A stretch of 62,189 nucleotides of DNA, counting the filler, from Choristocarpus tenellus KU-1152 (Eukaryota > Protista > Phaeophyceae): assembly GCA_964200185.2 (NCBI GenBank). It is 10 parts of 10 records of this genome, joined end to end, with 100 filler letters (N's around TTAATTAATTAA, not from the genome) between each part and the next. Parts side by side here need not be neighbours in the genome. Positions count along the whole stretch, not along the records: positions 20,183 to 29,576 come from CAXNAD020003716.1; positions 29,677 to 34,897 come from CAXNAD020011459.1; positions 34,998 to 38,278 come from CAXNAD020021065.1; 7 more parts are not named here. One strand, 5' to 3'. The position numbers and the translations under genes are program-made. Shown here piece after piece: positions 25,701 to 38,378 of the stretch. The notes under the pieces were generated by a model. That model searched no databases and was not told the DNA's origin. It worked only from the letters and a program-made list of their open reading frames with translations. Within the stretch, counting starts at the first letter, position 1, and every line of letters starts with the position of its first letter.

Positions 25701-26749
25701 ACGTAATTCAGGTAAGACTCTTGTCTATTTTTGGTTGGCACGGGATTCAGATGGGGTCAGTGTAATTGTTAGAGTAAGGATATGGTTAGTGTCGGTGTGC
25801 GGGGGTGGCGATCCAGGACATTCATCGAGTTCATAGCACGTGTTTGGGGTAGGCTCAGTGTTGGTGTTGTGGTTAGGAGCATCGGGCGTGGACTTCGGTA
25901 TATGATCGTCCAAGATTTGAAGGAGGACGAGATCGACCCTCGTTTGTCGACACTTGGACAAAGCATGATATGGTGCATAGGCAGGGGGGAGGTAGGTAGT
26001 GAAGGGTTCACGGAGTATTAGCGACTGGTAAGAAGACAACGTATCCATCGCAGGCCTTGGCGAATTGATAGGAAACCTAGTGGAAAAGATGGAGAAGAGT
26101 TGTTTAAAAAATGTTTAATATTTTAGTAGTCTGAACCTTGTATTAGACACTCTGTTAAACAAATAAGAACACAGGTCTAATCCTCAAGACGAGTATCATG
26201 TATGACATACTGACAACTCTGACTGGTAGCAATGTATCCGATACCGCTGTGTATATGCATAACCCATCGAATGGAAACTGCATGAACATGGTAGTTGGAC
26301 ACCAAGGCAAGGTACACTGATGCACGAATTAGACGCAAGTGTAACTCGATCCGTACTTCAATTTAAAAAAACTGAAACGACCGAAGCCCTATTCAATTGG
26401 TGGGCGGATTCGAAATGGCATTCCTCACCCTTCTCCGACCACTCTACAAGCTTTGGGTATGCCTCGGTTAGAAGGTGCCAGAGATTTAGGTGCGTGGAGT
26501 ACCTGTTGTTCCACGGTTCAGGGTTCACGAGGCTCATGAAGATGTCCTTCCTTTCATGGAGTGTTTCCACATGCTCCGGACGCAACTTGCTGCTGGGCTT
26601 CCCTCCACGACCGTGGATTTTTAGCTGGGTGGGCTCATGGACGTAGCAGTCATCCCCGAATACAATATTTTTAGCCGCTCTGCCGGCCTTTAGGAGCCTG
26701 AACCCATGGTCGTATGTGACCTGGGCAAGGACTTGGGTTTATACCCGGT

Positions 26750-27271
26750 GAGTGAAAGTATCTTAGAGGGTACGAGTATTGCCATGTTTGTCCGGTTGGG
26801 GCTTAATTTCCCTCAGGTTTTTTATTGGCATTTTCCTTCTCTGAAATGTTTCGGAGTCGGTGAAATGTGTAACATTGTGAAAAGGTGTGTCTGGAACAAG
26901 GATATTGACACTTCCTAAGAGTGAAAGTATCTTAGAGGGTACCGAGTTTTGACCTGTTTGTCCATTTAGGGCTTGACTTCTCAAGGGTTCTTTATGACAT
27001 TTTCCTACTCCCAAATGTTTCGGAGTAGGTAAAATGTATACCTTTTAATAAGGTGTGTCCGGAACAAGGATATTGACACTTCCTAACAAACATGATAGTC
27101 AAAATTACATCAAAATCGAAACATTGGATATTGACTCCAAAATGGACGCAGCTCTACCCTCTAAGATACCTTGACTCTAACTAACACGATAGTCAAGATT
27201 ACATCAAAATCGCAACATTGGATTTTGGCCCCTAAATGGACGCGGCCCTACCCTCTAAGATACTTTGACTC
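26750..27271. mobile_element. MITE family A outer copy with a second family A copy (26919-27177) inserted at TAA
   Basis: CTTCC-TAA[GAGTGAAAGTATCTTAGAGGGTA...TACCCTCTAAGATACCTTGACTC]TAA-CTAACAC; removing the inner copy restores a ~260-bp element. Confidence 0.92.
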
Positions 27272-27604
27272 TGGTACTGCGACAAAGCGGGTTTTGTTGC
27301 AGATCGTAGGAGCTTGGTAACTCATGCCTCCATGAAGGCTTCGGTTATCCCTACAACAGATGCATGGCCGAAGTCGACCACGTCCTCTGTCATGACGTTG
27401 CCATCACCTTGCGCGGACGTTTCGTCGTCATCCTCATGCCCCGTAGTAGATGGCGCTGCATTTTCAGCGTCTCTGCCCTTTCTGGCAGAGGCAAAGACGT
27501 CCGCAAAAAAGTTAGGTTCTAAATCTCTACCGTCATTTCCACGAGGATATTTGAAGGGTCTCATCTGTCCAGCACCTTCTCCCAATCTCTTCTTCATAAT
27601 GACC

Positions 27605-27863
27605 GAGTCAAAGTATCTTAGAGGGTAGAGCCGCGCCCGTTTGGGGGCCAAAATCCGGTGTTCGAATTTTGATGTAATTTTGGCTGTCGTGTTTGTTAGG
27701 AAGTGTCAATATCCTTGTTCTGGACACACCTTTTCATAATGACTACATTATACCTACTCCGAAACACTTCGGAGTAGGAAAAAGTCAAAAAAAAGCTCGT
27801 AGGAAGCCAAGCTCCAATCGGACAAACAGGGCAAAACTCGTACCCTCCAAGATACTTTCACTC
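27605..27863. mobile_element. MITE family A, full length (259 bp)
   Basis: TIRs GAGTCAAAGTATCTTAGAGGGTA...TACCCTCCAAGATACTTTCACTC; flanks are ACC/ACA. Confidence 0.9.
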
Positions 27864-30004
27864 ACACAGTCTTTTTGGCCTTCCCCTTACCCTTTGCCGA
27901 GGCTTGTCCCTACGTGAGGAACCTGATCGTGTCAAATCAACCCTTGGTGTTGTTGACTTGGCATTAGTGTAGTTAGCATTCACTCCACAGTAAGGTCCTT
28001 CCTTTTCCCTCTACCCGTTGGGTCGTGATTGACGGACTCGTTGACGCTGCTGCCCACTGCATGGACGTTTGGAGACATTCCGGGGTCACTCCGGATGGTA
28101 TGGAGTCCATGCCTAGCCGCCCCCCCACGCCCTCCTGGACATCTTCCTCTGGACACGACAAAGTGTTACAATCGGGCCGATCCCCATCGCCTTCAGGGTC
28201 GTCCTCTTAGGGTGTGGTTGGATGCCTTCCCCCATGTAGTGAACCGCTTCCTGTACCTACGGTAGGGTTAGGCGATGGCGTCTCCTGTTCCTCTTTATCA
28301 CCTAGTGGGTCGGGTCCTCCACAAGGTATATGCGTGGATACGTCACCAGCTACTAGTGTCTTCGCCAGCACAAAATTGCAGAAGGTGGAGAGTTCGTCGA
28401 TGAGGAGTTGGATACGATCTGGATTGTGGTTGTCCCCGAGGGAGGTGCATGTGACTATGATGCCTCCTGGTCGGGTCTGGAGAAGGGCGACTGTTCTCTC
28501 GTGGGCGGCGCTCGTTTCGGACTTGAACTTGTCAAGGTCATGCTCGGACGTGGCGTTCTTCTCTGGCGTGATCACAATGTTTGTGACTCATATTATCTCT
28601 GTAATGGTGAAGGAGTACAAAAAGGACGAGACGAAGTAAGAGGAAAAACAACGGGAAGAGGGTTTAGGGTTAGGGGGGAAAGGATGAGGCAGAGGTTGGT
28701 GAAACGGAGTAAGCCAAGGAGGATATAGAGGAGGAGGCAAAGGCCGAGGAAAAGATGGAAGGGAAGGAGTAAGTGCGGTTCGGCATACTTGGGCGGATTC
28801 CTTTAGCCCATAGTTCAGGAAGGCAAATAGGGCTTGTAAGATTGGGTTAAGAAGATGTGTATAGGACTATAGGACATGAACCATGACATCATTTCCCACC
28901 CTGTGCTGGGTTGTACCGATCGACAGAGCACAGCGAAAGTATGAACAAATCTATTCGACAAGCATCTTTGCAACATATATAACTCGAGAACTCTATGTCA
29001 CTGTGCATTGTGAAACTGTCCAACGTCGGTAAGATCTTTGAGAGTTGAGGAATTGTGTTTGGTGTAGGGAACGTTGATTGATGTTCACGTATGGCAGTGT
29101 TGTACAATGATGTAACTGCTTGCCTGCATGTTCGCCACTGGTTTTCAAGGTAAAGCACTCTGACTATTTGATTATGTCCAGGTAGACTGTACCCTCCTCG
29201 ACATCCTCCCGCAACACAAGGTCCCTTTTCACCTGTGGATTTTATGGGCTTAAATTAACGTGCATGATCAGGGTGTTTATTGCAAGGTGACTTATTACGA
29301 ACTCAAATACAGTGGACAGATGAGTGAATGAACCTGACACTCCCTTGAGTACCTCTTCGCTCAGGATGTATTGTTTCTTTGGAGCAGACTCTTCTGAAGA
29401 CCGGGCTGAGGGCTCATCGGTATGAGGGTCGATCCCGAGCTCGTCTTTCCTCTTGAGGTAGTTATGAACTACACAGTGACCTCCAGGACAGCCTTTTTGA
29501 TGAGGACATTCTTGGTGTGCATCCTCTGTTCGATTAGACTCTTGCAACTCTATCGGACAGTTACGGTAAAATATGTNNNNNNNNNNNNNNNNNNNNNNNN
29601 NNNNNNNNNNNNNNNNNNNNTTAATTAATTAANNNNNNNNNNNNNNNNNNNNNNNNNNNNNNNNNNNNNNNNNNNNGGCGTGCCGTAATGCAAGCGTAAC
29701 CCTGGTATTCAGGGACACTTGGGCACCCTTCCTACGCGGGGGGGTCGACAGAGGGGTTTCCATGCCAACATTCTGACCCTCGACGTGCCCAGTTCTGACC
29801 TCAAAATCACCCCAAACGTCCCCTACTTTGACGGCTTGAAACACCTCGACTTTGTATATGATGATCCTCGACCCACACCTTTTCTGAAAGCTGAGATTAT
29901 CAACCCGATTTCATTCTGTGGGGTTATCGTTCAATTCGGCGCCGTTCTCGCTCGGCGAGAGATTTTTTTCGCGGCACAAACTTATGGCACAGAGGTAGTA
30001 TACA

Positions 30005-30121
30005 TTTAACCTACACTGAAACATTTCGGAGCAGGTAAAATGTCATAAAAAACCGGTGGGAAGCCAAGCCCCAAAACGGACATACAGGACAAAACTCGCA
30101 CCCTCTAAGATACTTCCACTC
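30005..30121. mobile_element. Partial MITE family A
   Basis: GAAACATTTCGGAG..GGAAGCCAAGCCCC..CCCTCTAAGATACTTCCACTC. Confidence 0.8.
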
Positions 30122-30959
30122 TTTTGTCAATGTGAAGTCCTATAGTTTCCCACTTCATGACGCTGATTTCAGCAAAAGCTTATTGCCATTGTCCACCTGT
30201 TCTTGTACATGCACCCACAGTGGTCTCGGATATTGTTCACCAACTCCAAACTGTTTTTCCAACTGTGGTCCAGCGCATTTCGGATGCCGTTTCTTACCGA
30301 GATGTAGTGCTAAAGCGCAGTGTACGGCCAGCACGTTTTGACCTTCCTCGCTCAAGCTTGCATTTTGTCTGGAGGTTAAGGGAGAGTTGTATGGCTCTTG
30401 GTGAGGTGCTGGGATGTTATGGACTATGATGGAGTGTTGTAACCGCTGCTGGGCACACTGTAGCCACTGAAAATGGGGCCGAAGTGAGAACCTTTTTTTC
30501 GGTTCCGCTTCTTGGGAAAGATTCATATCTATTTCGGAACAAAATGTAAGCACCAAAACGTACCTCCGAACAATTAAATCCAGAGCTTCAATTTGAGTCA
30601 TTAATCACTGGGAGAGTCTTTGCATTCGTGAAGAAAACGACCAAAACAAAGAATGAAATCGATAAAGTCGCAGACTTAAGGAACAGAGGGAGTACATCAT
30701 CAACTGACCTGTTTGAGTGACATCTTGTTGGGTTGCCAACTTCTGGGTCAGATCTCAAATTAAAGAAACCCCTGGTGTTGGCGTTTGCTGCATGTCTTTT
30801 TATTACTTGACCCAATTGAGTAACAACTTTCAAGAGAACTACTCACTACTAGATAAGAAACCAAGAACCATCACATGTTGAATTCTCAGCCCCGTCAACA
30901 TAGTCTGCCCTGACTCAACACAAGAAGAGGGAACTGCTTCAGGGTACCCCCACACATGC

Positions 30960-31568
30960 TGTTACAGGCGCCCCTCAGAACTCACCTCCACAGGATGTAC
31001 AACTCAAATCCAACGGCCTTAAAACGACGCTATGGGGGCGTTGCCCTTTACAACAGTTTGTAGGGTGTCAGAGGTGTCCCTATCTTCTTGATATTCCACT
31101 CAGTGCTTAGGTCAAAGCTTGACTCAAAGTTTCGTTCAAGGTAAAAGTAAGGACTGGTCATAAGTGGGTGATGGATTAACCAAAAGCCCTCTTATTAATT
31201 TTATTATCCACCCAATTTGTTTGGTCTTCTATCAACTGCTCTATAGGTACTCCAATCATAAACCTTTACTCTGCAACTTCTTAGTAACTTTGACATTTTC
31301 TTCTGTAATGTTACGTAGGTATTCCGAATCTTACTCTGTATCTTCTATGAAATCATCATTTCTTCTGTAAGGCTAACCTATGTGTTACTAATATCGTATA
31401 TAGTTCGTACTTGTTAGAACGCGAGAATCAATCCTCACACGATGCATCTGTCACGAATGCTCGTATTTCCTAAAACATGAGGGAAAATGCTCACGCTATT
31501 CGCGTGTAACAAATGCTCGCATTTCGTTGGAACACAAGAAGAAATATTCGCGCTATTCGCCTGTAACA
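30960..31568 (-). repeat. 609-bp LTR-like segment (probable 3' LTR of the adjacent gag element)
   Basis: Perfect 11-bp terminal inverted repeat TGTTACAGGCG...CGCCTGTAACA, internal ~56-bp tandem repeats (31400-31568), and a minus-strand G-rich PPT-like CTGGGGGGCA immediately before it. Confidence 0.65.
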
Positions 31569-32419
31569 TGCCCCCCAGCGTGAACTAGTAGTACATGTTT
31601 CAGGCTTACCACAGGCGATTGTCACCGGTGAAGACAATAGATATCATCAATCACCTCAGATCATCCTGTTGCTAAAAAATAGGGAGAGATTAAAAAAAAA
31701 TACCCTACTCCTACTAGGTCCACAACATCTATCCTAAATTTCCTTGGGAAAACCTGTCTGCATTTAGCCTAATCTGAGGATATAGTCATTCTCTCTAAAG
31801 TACAGCTTCCCTAGAGTGCCAAGTATCATCTGATTATTGCCTGTCTCAATGCATTTTGCTTTTGCCTTTGCAAGCTGGAGCAGTAGATGTGGCGTTATCA
31901 GAAGATGTAGACTTTCCACTAGAGCCCTTTGCTGACAAAAGATGGACGTGAGAGCAGCAATAACAGATTCATCATCCCATGCAAGGGCTTGTTGGTGCTG
32001 TGGGGATAGGTATGGGTTTGATACTGAGGTTTGGAATTTGTGCAATCTGGGTACTCTGCGTCTAAACACACATATCTGTTACCATTCTGGCATGTTAAAG
32101 TGCATCATACTGCTGAAATAGTCGCCCAACGGAACCTGGGATGTACATTACTGTCTAGTGGTTTCGACCACCAACTAATTCCACAGGGAAAAGTGGGTGA
32201 GGGTGGAAAGGTGCGGGCAGGGTGGTGAGATTCAGAATTATGAGAAGGATGCATATGCACCAAGTTTTGTAAACATAAGTCATCCAGCATCTGCTCATAT
32301 GCCTTGTATTCACCCGTCAGGACTGATTTCTTCTTTACCATGACCAACAGACAGATACAAGGCTGATACTGGAAAAATGTTGAGATTAGGTCTGGAATGG
32401 CAACATCTTGTCTCCCATA

Positions 32420-34640
32420 TTTATCCGACTAAAATCAATGACCAAGGATCATTGGCGGACAGCGTGTTGACCACAAATGGGTGGTTAGACAGATGACTAT
32501 TGATATAACTTTCCTGTCCAGTGGTAAAGGTCAGGTTTGCGATGGTTTGGAGCGTGGAGACCTCTAGTATATAGCCCTGTATTGTACTGGATGTGGAGTC
32601 GAGCAGGCCTTCTGCACTGCATGTTGGTGGAGACACTTACGCCAATCTTCTTCCTCAGTACCACTGTTCTCGTCCAGAACTGCGAACTCATTGGCAGATT
32701 GGGGAGCTGTGCTACGGGGGGACCTATCCCTGAGTTGAACCCCTGCCATCCTGTCTTCCTCAAGTGAGCTGCCTAGGGCACTGTCAACCAAATCAGTTAA
32801 CGGATTATTAGTGGGTCCCATTGGTGTCCAGATTGGAATGCGAGCTGTCTCCCCCTGGGTCAGCATTCTTCCCTTTGATGGTGTCAACAACAACACCATG
32901 GCTGTTCCCAAGTGGACAGGAGTCAAATCCACCTGGGCACCCCTAGGGACGTGGACCATAATGGCCAGGTGTTGACTCACTGTCCTCATGAACATGAACA
33001 CGACTTCCACGAACCCTGCCTCTACGACGCAAGTATGGCAAACGAGCACCCCGCGGATTGTCCAGGCACGACTGGGTTGTGTGACCCTCACAAGTCGCTG
33101 CCTGGCAACCCGAGTACTGGCATACTCTATTTTGCTGATCCATGGTGTATGCCGAGTTGGACGTTGAGGCTGAATAGGGCGACGTGTCTTGTGGTCGCGT
33201 TTGTCTGTCAGTGTGCCCGGCTGTGGGAGGTGGACTCGTCGACGACCGAGCTGGGGGCCTGCTGAGGGGTACGTCCCCTGCTCGGTGACGTTCCACCTCC
33301 GTCCATAGCCGTTGGCACTCTCGTTGCACTTGCTTGAGTTCGCTACGGGGAACCTGTCCACGACGAGAATTATGGGTCACAGCGATTGTGTAAGTTGTCA
33401 TTTGGTTGGAGTTATTGCCAGACAAATGGTTAGCTTCATGCCATTTGGCACGGTCCCGAGCTTGGGCAAACAAGGTGGCAGGTTCGTCCCGAATCTGTTC
33501 AAGACGAATCGCGGGAGTAATCCATTTTCCATCAGCATTATCGTTAGTTGCTCGACAAGCAAAGCTTTCGTGTCGACTGCATCTGAGGACGACGTTGTGC
33601 GATGAACATCATCTAGAAATCGATTCATGGCTGTGGTGCAATGTAAAGTATATTGGTTCACTGACTCATTATCCCCCTGTTTCAAAGACGTTAGTCGACG
33701 AGTTGATACACTTACAGCATGGGCGGGAGTAAACGCAGTGATAAGGGCTTTCTGGACATCATCCCAAGTCCTTGGGGGTGTAATGGGGACGGGAGTATCA
33801 AGAGATGATTGCAAACGAGCCAAATCACTTGTTGAACGCCACTCTACTGTGCCCGCCAACGTCTGAAAATACTTTTTTTCAGCTCGTCCGTGAAAAATAT
33901 TCAGTAAAAATTCTACACATCGAGCATTGATTGTCTCAGGGGATGCGGAACCATACTAACTAGAATGCAAGGAAATCGCCACTTGCCATTTGGAAAACAA
34001 GAGTGGCAAATTTTCCTCTCCAGATCCTGTGATGACAAGACCAGATGGTATTTCCGAAGAGGAAAACCTGAAACGACTCGTTTCTGACATTGATGGCGGA
34101 CGTGCGACGTCACTACTCTGTGGAAGGGTTCTTACATGATAGGAATCCATTCCCCGAGCTTACAGCTTCATCAAATCCTGAAGTCATCCAGGAGGCTCAG
34201 AGTTCGTTCTGGCGCACTCGTTAACGTGGTGCGCGATGAATGATGGTACAGCATCCCTGAACTGTGCCTGTGAAATGGCCACCTCACAAGTAGTCGAACT
34301 TGGGAGTGGGACTGATTCTCCCTGGAATAGGACCCGACGAGTGTCATGGTCGCCCGAGCTAACACGATGCTCTAGGGTCGACGACACGGGTCTAACATTC
34401 GCCTGCCGATCTGTATGAGGGGAAGGGGGGGATCCACGGCGCCGTTCAGCAAGTGTGGTGGTGCTGGATGACGTGGAGTCAATACTAGACACGTCAGAGT
34501 TGAGGTGGGTGGAAGACTCCATGTCTTCCATTGACTCGTAGTCTTGAGCCTCTTCTGGTGCTCTTCTTGATGGCGCCAGGTCTGGGGTTCTCCGCTCTTG
34601 TGCACTCCGTCTTCGTCTCGATCTAGAGTTCGGCATCTTT
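32420..34640 (-). pseudogene. Ty3/Gypsy gag polyprotein remnant
   Basis: TWDDVQKALITAFTP..STRRLTSLKQGDNESVNQY is typical of the Retrotrans_gag domain; a Cys/His knuckle CQYSGC..CEGHTTQSC follows; frameshifts present. Confidence 0.8.
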
Positions 34641-35667
34641 CCTCAGCGGTCAAACAGAAATGCCCCGTCACCCTACTTCTGAGGACACCGGTGTCGCCAA
34701 TGTGAATCGTGTGATTCTGTGGCGGCGTGGTTCGCTCAGGCAAGGGCGGTGAAGCAAATCACCGGGCAAGACGAACCACATGAACAACGACGAACCGTGA
34801 CCGAGGGTACGGATTAAGGTTGGACAAGTGCAAACTTAGGAGTGATGAGCACCATCAAAGGTGGGGCTTCATCACCACCAGTCAAGACGTGAGAACANNN
34901 NNNNNNNNNNNNNNNNNNNNNNNNNNNNNNNNNNNNNNNNNTTAATTAATTAANNNNNNNNNNNNNNNNNNNNNNNNNNNNNNNNNNNNNNNNNNNNGCG
35001 TGCTGGGCGGGCGGATCGAAGGGAGGTGGGGGGGGTGGGGGGCTGTATATCTTGCCAGATGTGAAAGAGGAGTTGAGAGGACACCTAATACATGTGTGTC
35101 TCCTTGTGTAGCATGAATTGGATATCGCAGTGGGCAAAGAGTGGGCCCAGCTGCAAATTTGGACCCATCATGTACATCATTGGGGTTAGGGTTACCTAAC
35201 CCTAACCCTTTGCAAGGGCCGACATGGTGACCATTTTTTAACGATTCTTGATTTTGGCATACCTTGAAATTGATCAACATGGTGTTTCCAAGACACAAGA
35301 CACAAGCCAATCAGTAAGCTGAATGGACACATCTGTGTGTCCATGATTGGTCATCGTATTTACCAATGCAACCAACCTCTGAAATGTGTCAAGTTTTGAA
35401 ATGTTGTAGGTGTGTATATGTGTAGGTGGTGGGGATGCGACACAATTGCGTTATTGTTTTCTGTTTCAGTGGTCAATTTTTTGTTGGTGGAACACACAAA
35501 CCCGCCTTCCAAGTTTTCTGGTGAAAATTTCTAGATTGCGGAAATTATTGATAATTTATTTTATGCGTAAATTGACTCATCAATCATCAATTCATCGCCA
35601 GAACCCCCCCCTTGCCACTCCTCCTGCTGTCTCCACTTTTTTGTCCTTGCTATATTTTTTAATGCAG

Positions 35668-38221
35668 TTAGAGTTGTCCAACTTCCCACGAGTTCCGGGG
35701 CAAGATGAAGGGGGGAGGGGGGCAGTTGTGGTGAGACAATCATGGGTAGGGATACTTGTAGTATTGGTGTTGGTATTGGATCAGAGGTGGTGGGGGTATG
35801 GGGGTTGATGATCGTGAAAGGGATTTTGTTTGGCTGGGTTGATGTTTGTGAAGGGGGGTGTAGTGATGGTGTATTGCATGTGAAATGTTGTGGGTGAGGT
35901 CTTGCTCTATCTCTTTAGTATTTATTTCGTATTTTGAAAGAGCTACTGATAGTTGTACTTAGGTGTTGAGATGGGGAAGGAAGGGGGGAGGGGGAGAGAC
36001 AGGCTAACGGGAATGTTGATTGGTTGTGAAATTGACTGTAGTGACTGACTGTAGTGACTGACTGTAGTGGCACTCAGGCATTTGTAGGGAGTGGTCAGGC
36101 CAGGCGTGTTGGTTACACATTGTACGATGCAGTTTGTGAAACACATTTTATTATCATAGTTATTGTCATGGTTGTTGTCATGTGCAGAGTTCTTCATGTG
36201 TGCTTCCTTTCTGTACACATTCAGTTGAGGAGGAATCTCACCAAGGAGGAGATAATGGGGGCCAGGAGCAAGGTATCTGAGGAGCTCCAAGTTCAGGAGT
36301 CTAGCCTAGGAAACAGCACACTGGGCACAGATATAGATGGACAGGTGCCATTGTATGATTGACCTTGGTATAAAATGAGGGTTAAAGAGGGGTCTTTGAT
36401 AGGGATGGGGCATGAAGGCAAGCATCTAATCGCTTCAGTTTCCTATCATTTAAAACAAAAATCAGGTATGTCAGTTACAATAAATATTTGGTGTATGTAG
36501 TATGTAATACATACTATGTATGCATGAATTTGTTATGAGATTTGACTGTTGAATTATTTCAGCTGTGCTCACTAGTTGGAGGTACGAGTGTATGCTGTGA
36601 AGCTGGAATGTATGTGAATTGTAATTGATTTGAATTATAATGTGCTACTCAAGAGGTTGGAAATAATTTGTTGATACCTCATGGTTGACGTCCATTGATT
36701 GTAAAGAGACCTTTTCTGTCTGTGAAGTCAATCAACATGTCCTATGAAAGAGAGGTCTGAAAAACTCACCTATTTTATCATTATTTTGATGTTTTTTACT
36801 AATTTAATCAATTAAAGAGTGTATAGTGATGGCACTATGGATTTTTCCATTATTCTTCTAACAAGGTGTAACTATCAAGTTAGGAATGATACTTTTTTAA
36901 CATTTGATGTCCCCTTGTTGACTGAAAGTGTGTGTAAGAGAGACCACTTTGTACTTTGGTGTGATTTGAGTCTTTAGTTTATCTAGCGACTGCAATATGC
37001 TGGGACAGAATAGCTGACCAAGGGGGGACTGAATGCCATCCTTCAAGTTAAAAAAAAAAAAAACTATATTTTTATTTGATAGCCACAAATCCAGCAAGAG
37101 TGGTCTGTCACGAATCAGTCTGTAACAGTCTATAGTTACGGGACTTGAACCGTACAAAATAGGGTGTACAAAGAAAAAAGAAAAGAGAAAAAAAAGAAAG
37201 AGTAAATGATGCGCGCAGGGCGGCTACATGGACGGTACTAAAACATGTTGGTCTTATAATCCTTGCAAGTGATGCCCTTGCAAAGTCCTCTCCATCCCGA
37301 GCCCAAACTTGTCAACTACTGTGACTCATTTTGAAGTGAGTCCGTCATCAGCAACAGCACCTTCACCGCCATCCTGTCTTGGTTACTTTGTGTTGGTTGT
37401 CACATGACTCGATTAAGAAATGGAGTATGTCCGTTACGCATTTTTCCTGTTTGATGTTGTTTGATGTTATTTGATGTTATTCGTGCACACTGCTTTGTGA
37501 TGCAATTGGAACGACACCTTACCCTCATTTTTTTCAGTCATTGTTCAGTACTGTTCTGTACTGTTCTGTACTGTTCAGCTATCAAAATTTCTTGATGATT
37601 CATCAAGGCTTGTGATTTTTGTACCTCTATAGGTGGTCTATAGTGCTACAGGTTTTATGTCGCCGTGGAAGGCTACTATCCCTTTGAGGGTCATGTGGTG
37701 ATGTTTATGTTGCCAAAATCAGTTGCGTGTGACAAATCCCAGATACGTCCATCTATGTCTCACAGACATGAGAGTTATTTTATTTTGATCTAGGAAAGAT
37801 GGTTCTTTTCTATGGCCTTTTGGCTGGATCGTTCATGACTGGGCATTCCTGTCCTCTCTAGTACCTTTTTTGTGAGTTTCTGTGAACAAACTCCTCACTA
37901 TCTTCTCGTGTATGTTTGTATTAGGGTTAGGGTTAATATATTTTAGTGCTGCAGACCAGCATTGGAGTCATGTCCTTAATCCACTTCCCTCCTCGGGTCT
38001 CGAGTATTGAAACTTAAGACAATTGAACCCGTTGTTAAAACCAATTAACACATCTAATGTACCTAATACTTAATATACATTCACTTTTTCCCTGCCATTG
38101 TGGCATCCAGGACACTAGGGATTGGAGGGAGGCAGGTGGGTCTGGAGGCTTGATAGATGGTGACCAGGATTCATTGCTCACAGATGTGCTGGAATCAGAG
38201 GGGTCAAATATGGCTGTGAAG
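35668..38221 (+). CDS. Internal exons of an unidentified gene (35668-35730, 36225-36344, 38111-38221)
   Basis: Three purine-rich CAG|...|GTG segments, each a multiple of 3 and open in phase 0: LELSNFPRVPGQDEGGRGAVV / LRRNLTKEEIMG..DIDGQ / DTRDWREAGG..NMAVK. Confidence 0.5.
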
Positions 38222-38378
38222 GTGCTACAGGGGGGTCGAAAAAGTTGGTTGGGGGGGGGGGAGTCATGAAAGCAATAGNNNNNNNNNNNNNNNNNNNNNN
38301 NNNNNNNNNNNNNNNNNNNNNNTTAATTAATTAANNNNNNNNNNNNNNNNNNNNNNNNNNNNNNNNNNNNNNNNNNNN

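Larger units (their letters stand above)
26330..28600 (-). pseudogene. Decayed intronless ORF of unknown (probably transposon) origin, interrupted by three family A MITEs
   Basis: Successive minus-strand ORF pieces (28575-28207, 28161-27973, 27604-27322, 26585-26358) with coding-like composition; ..KGKAKKT[MITE]VIMKKRLG.. continues across the insertion. Confidence 0.45.
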
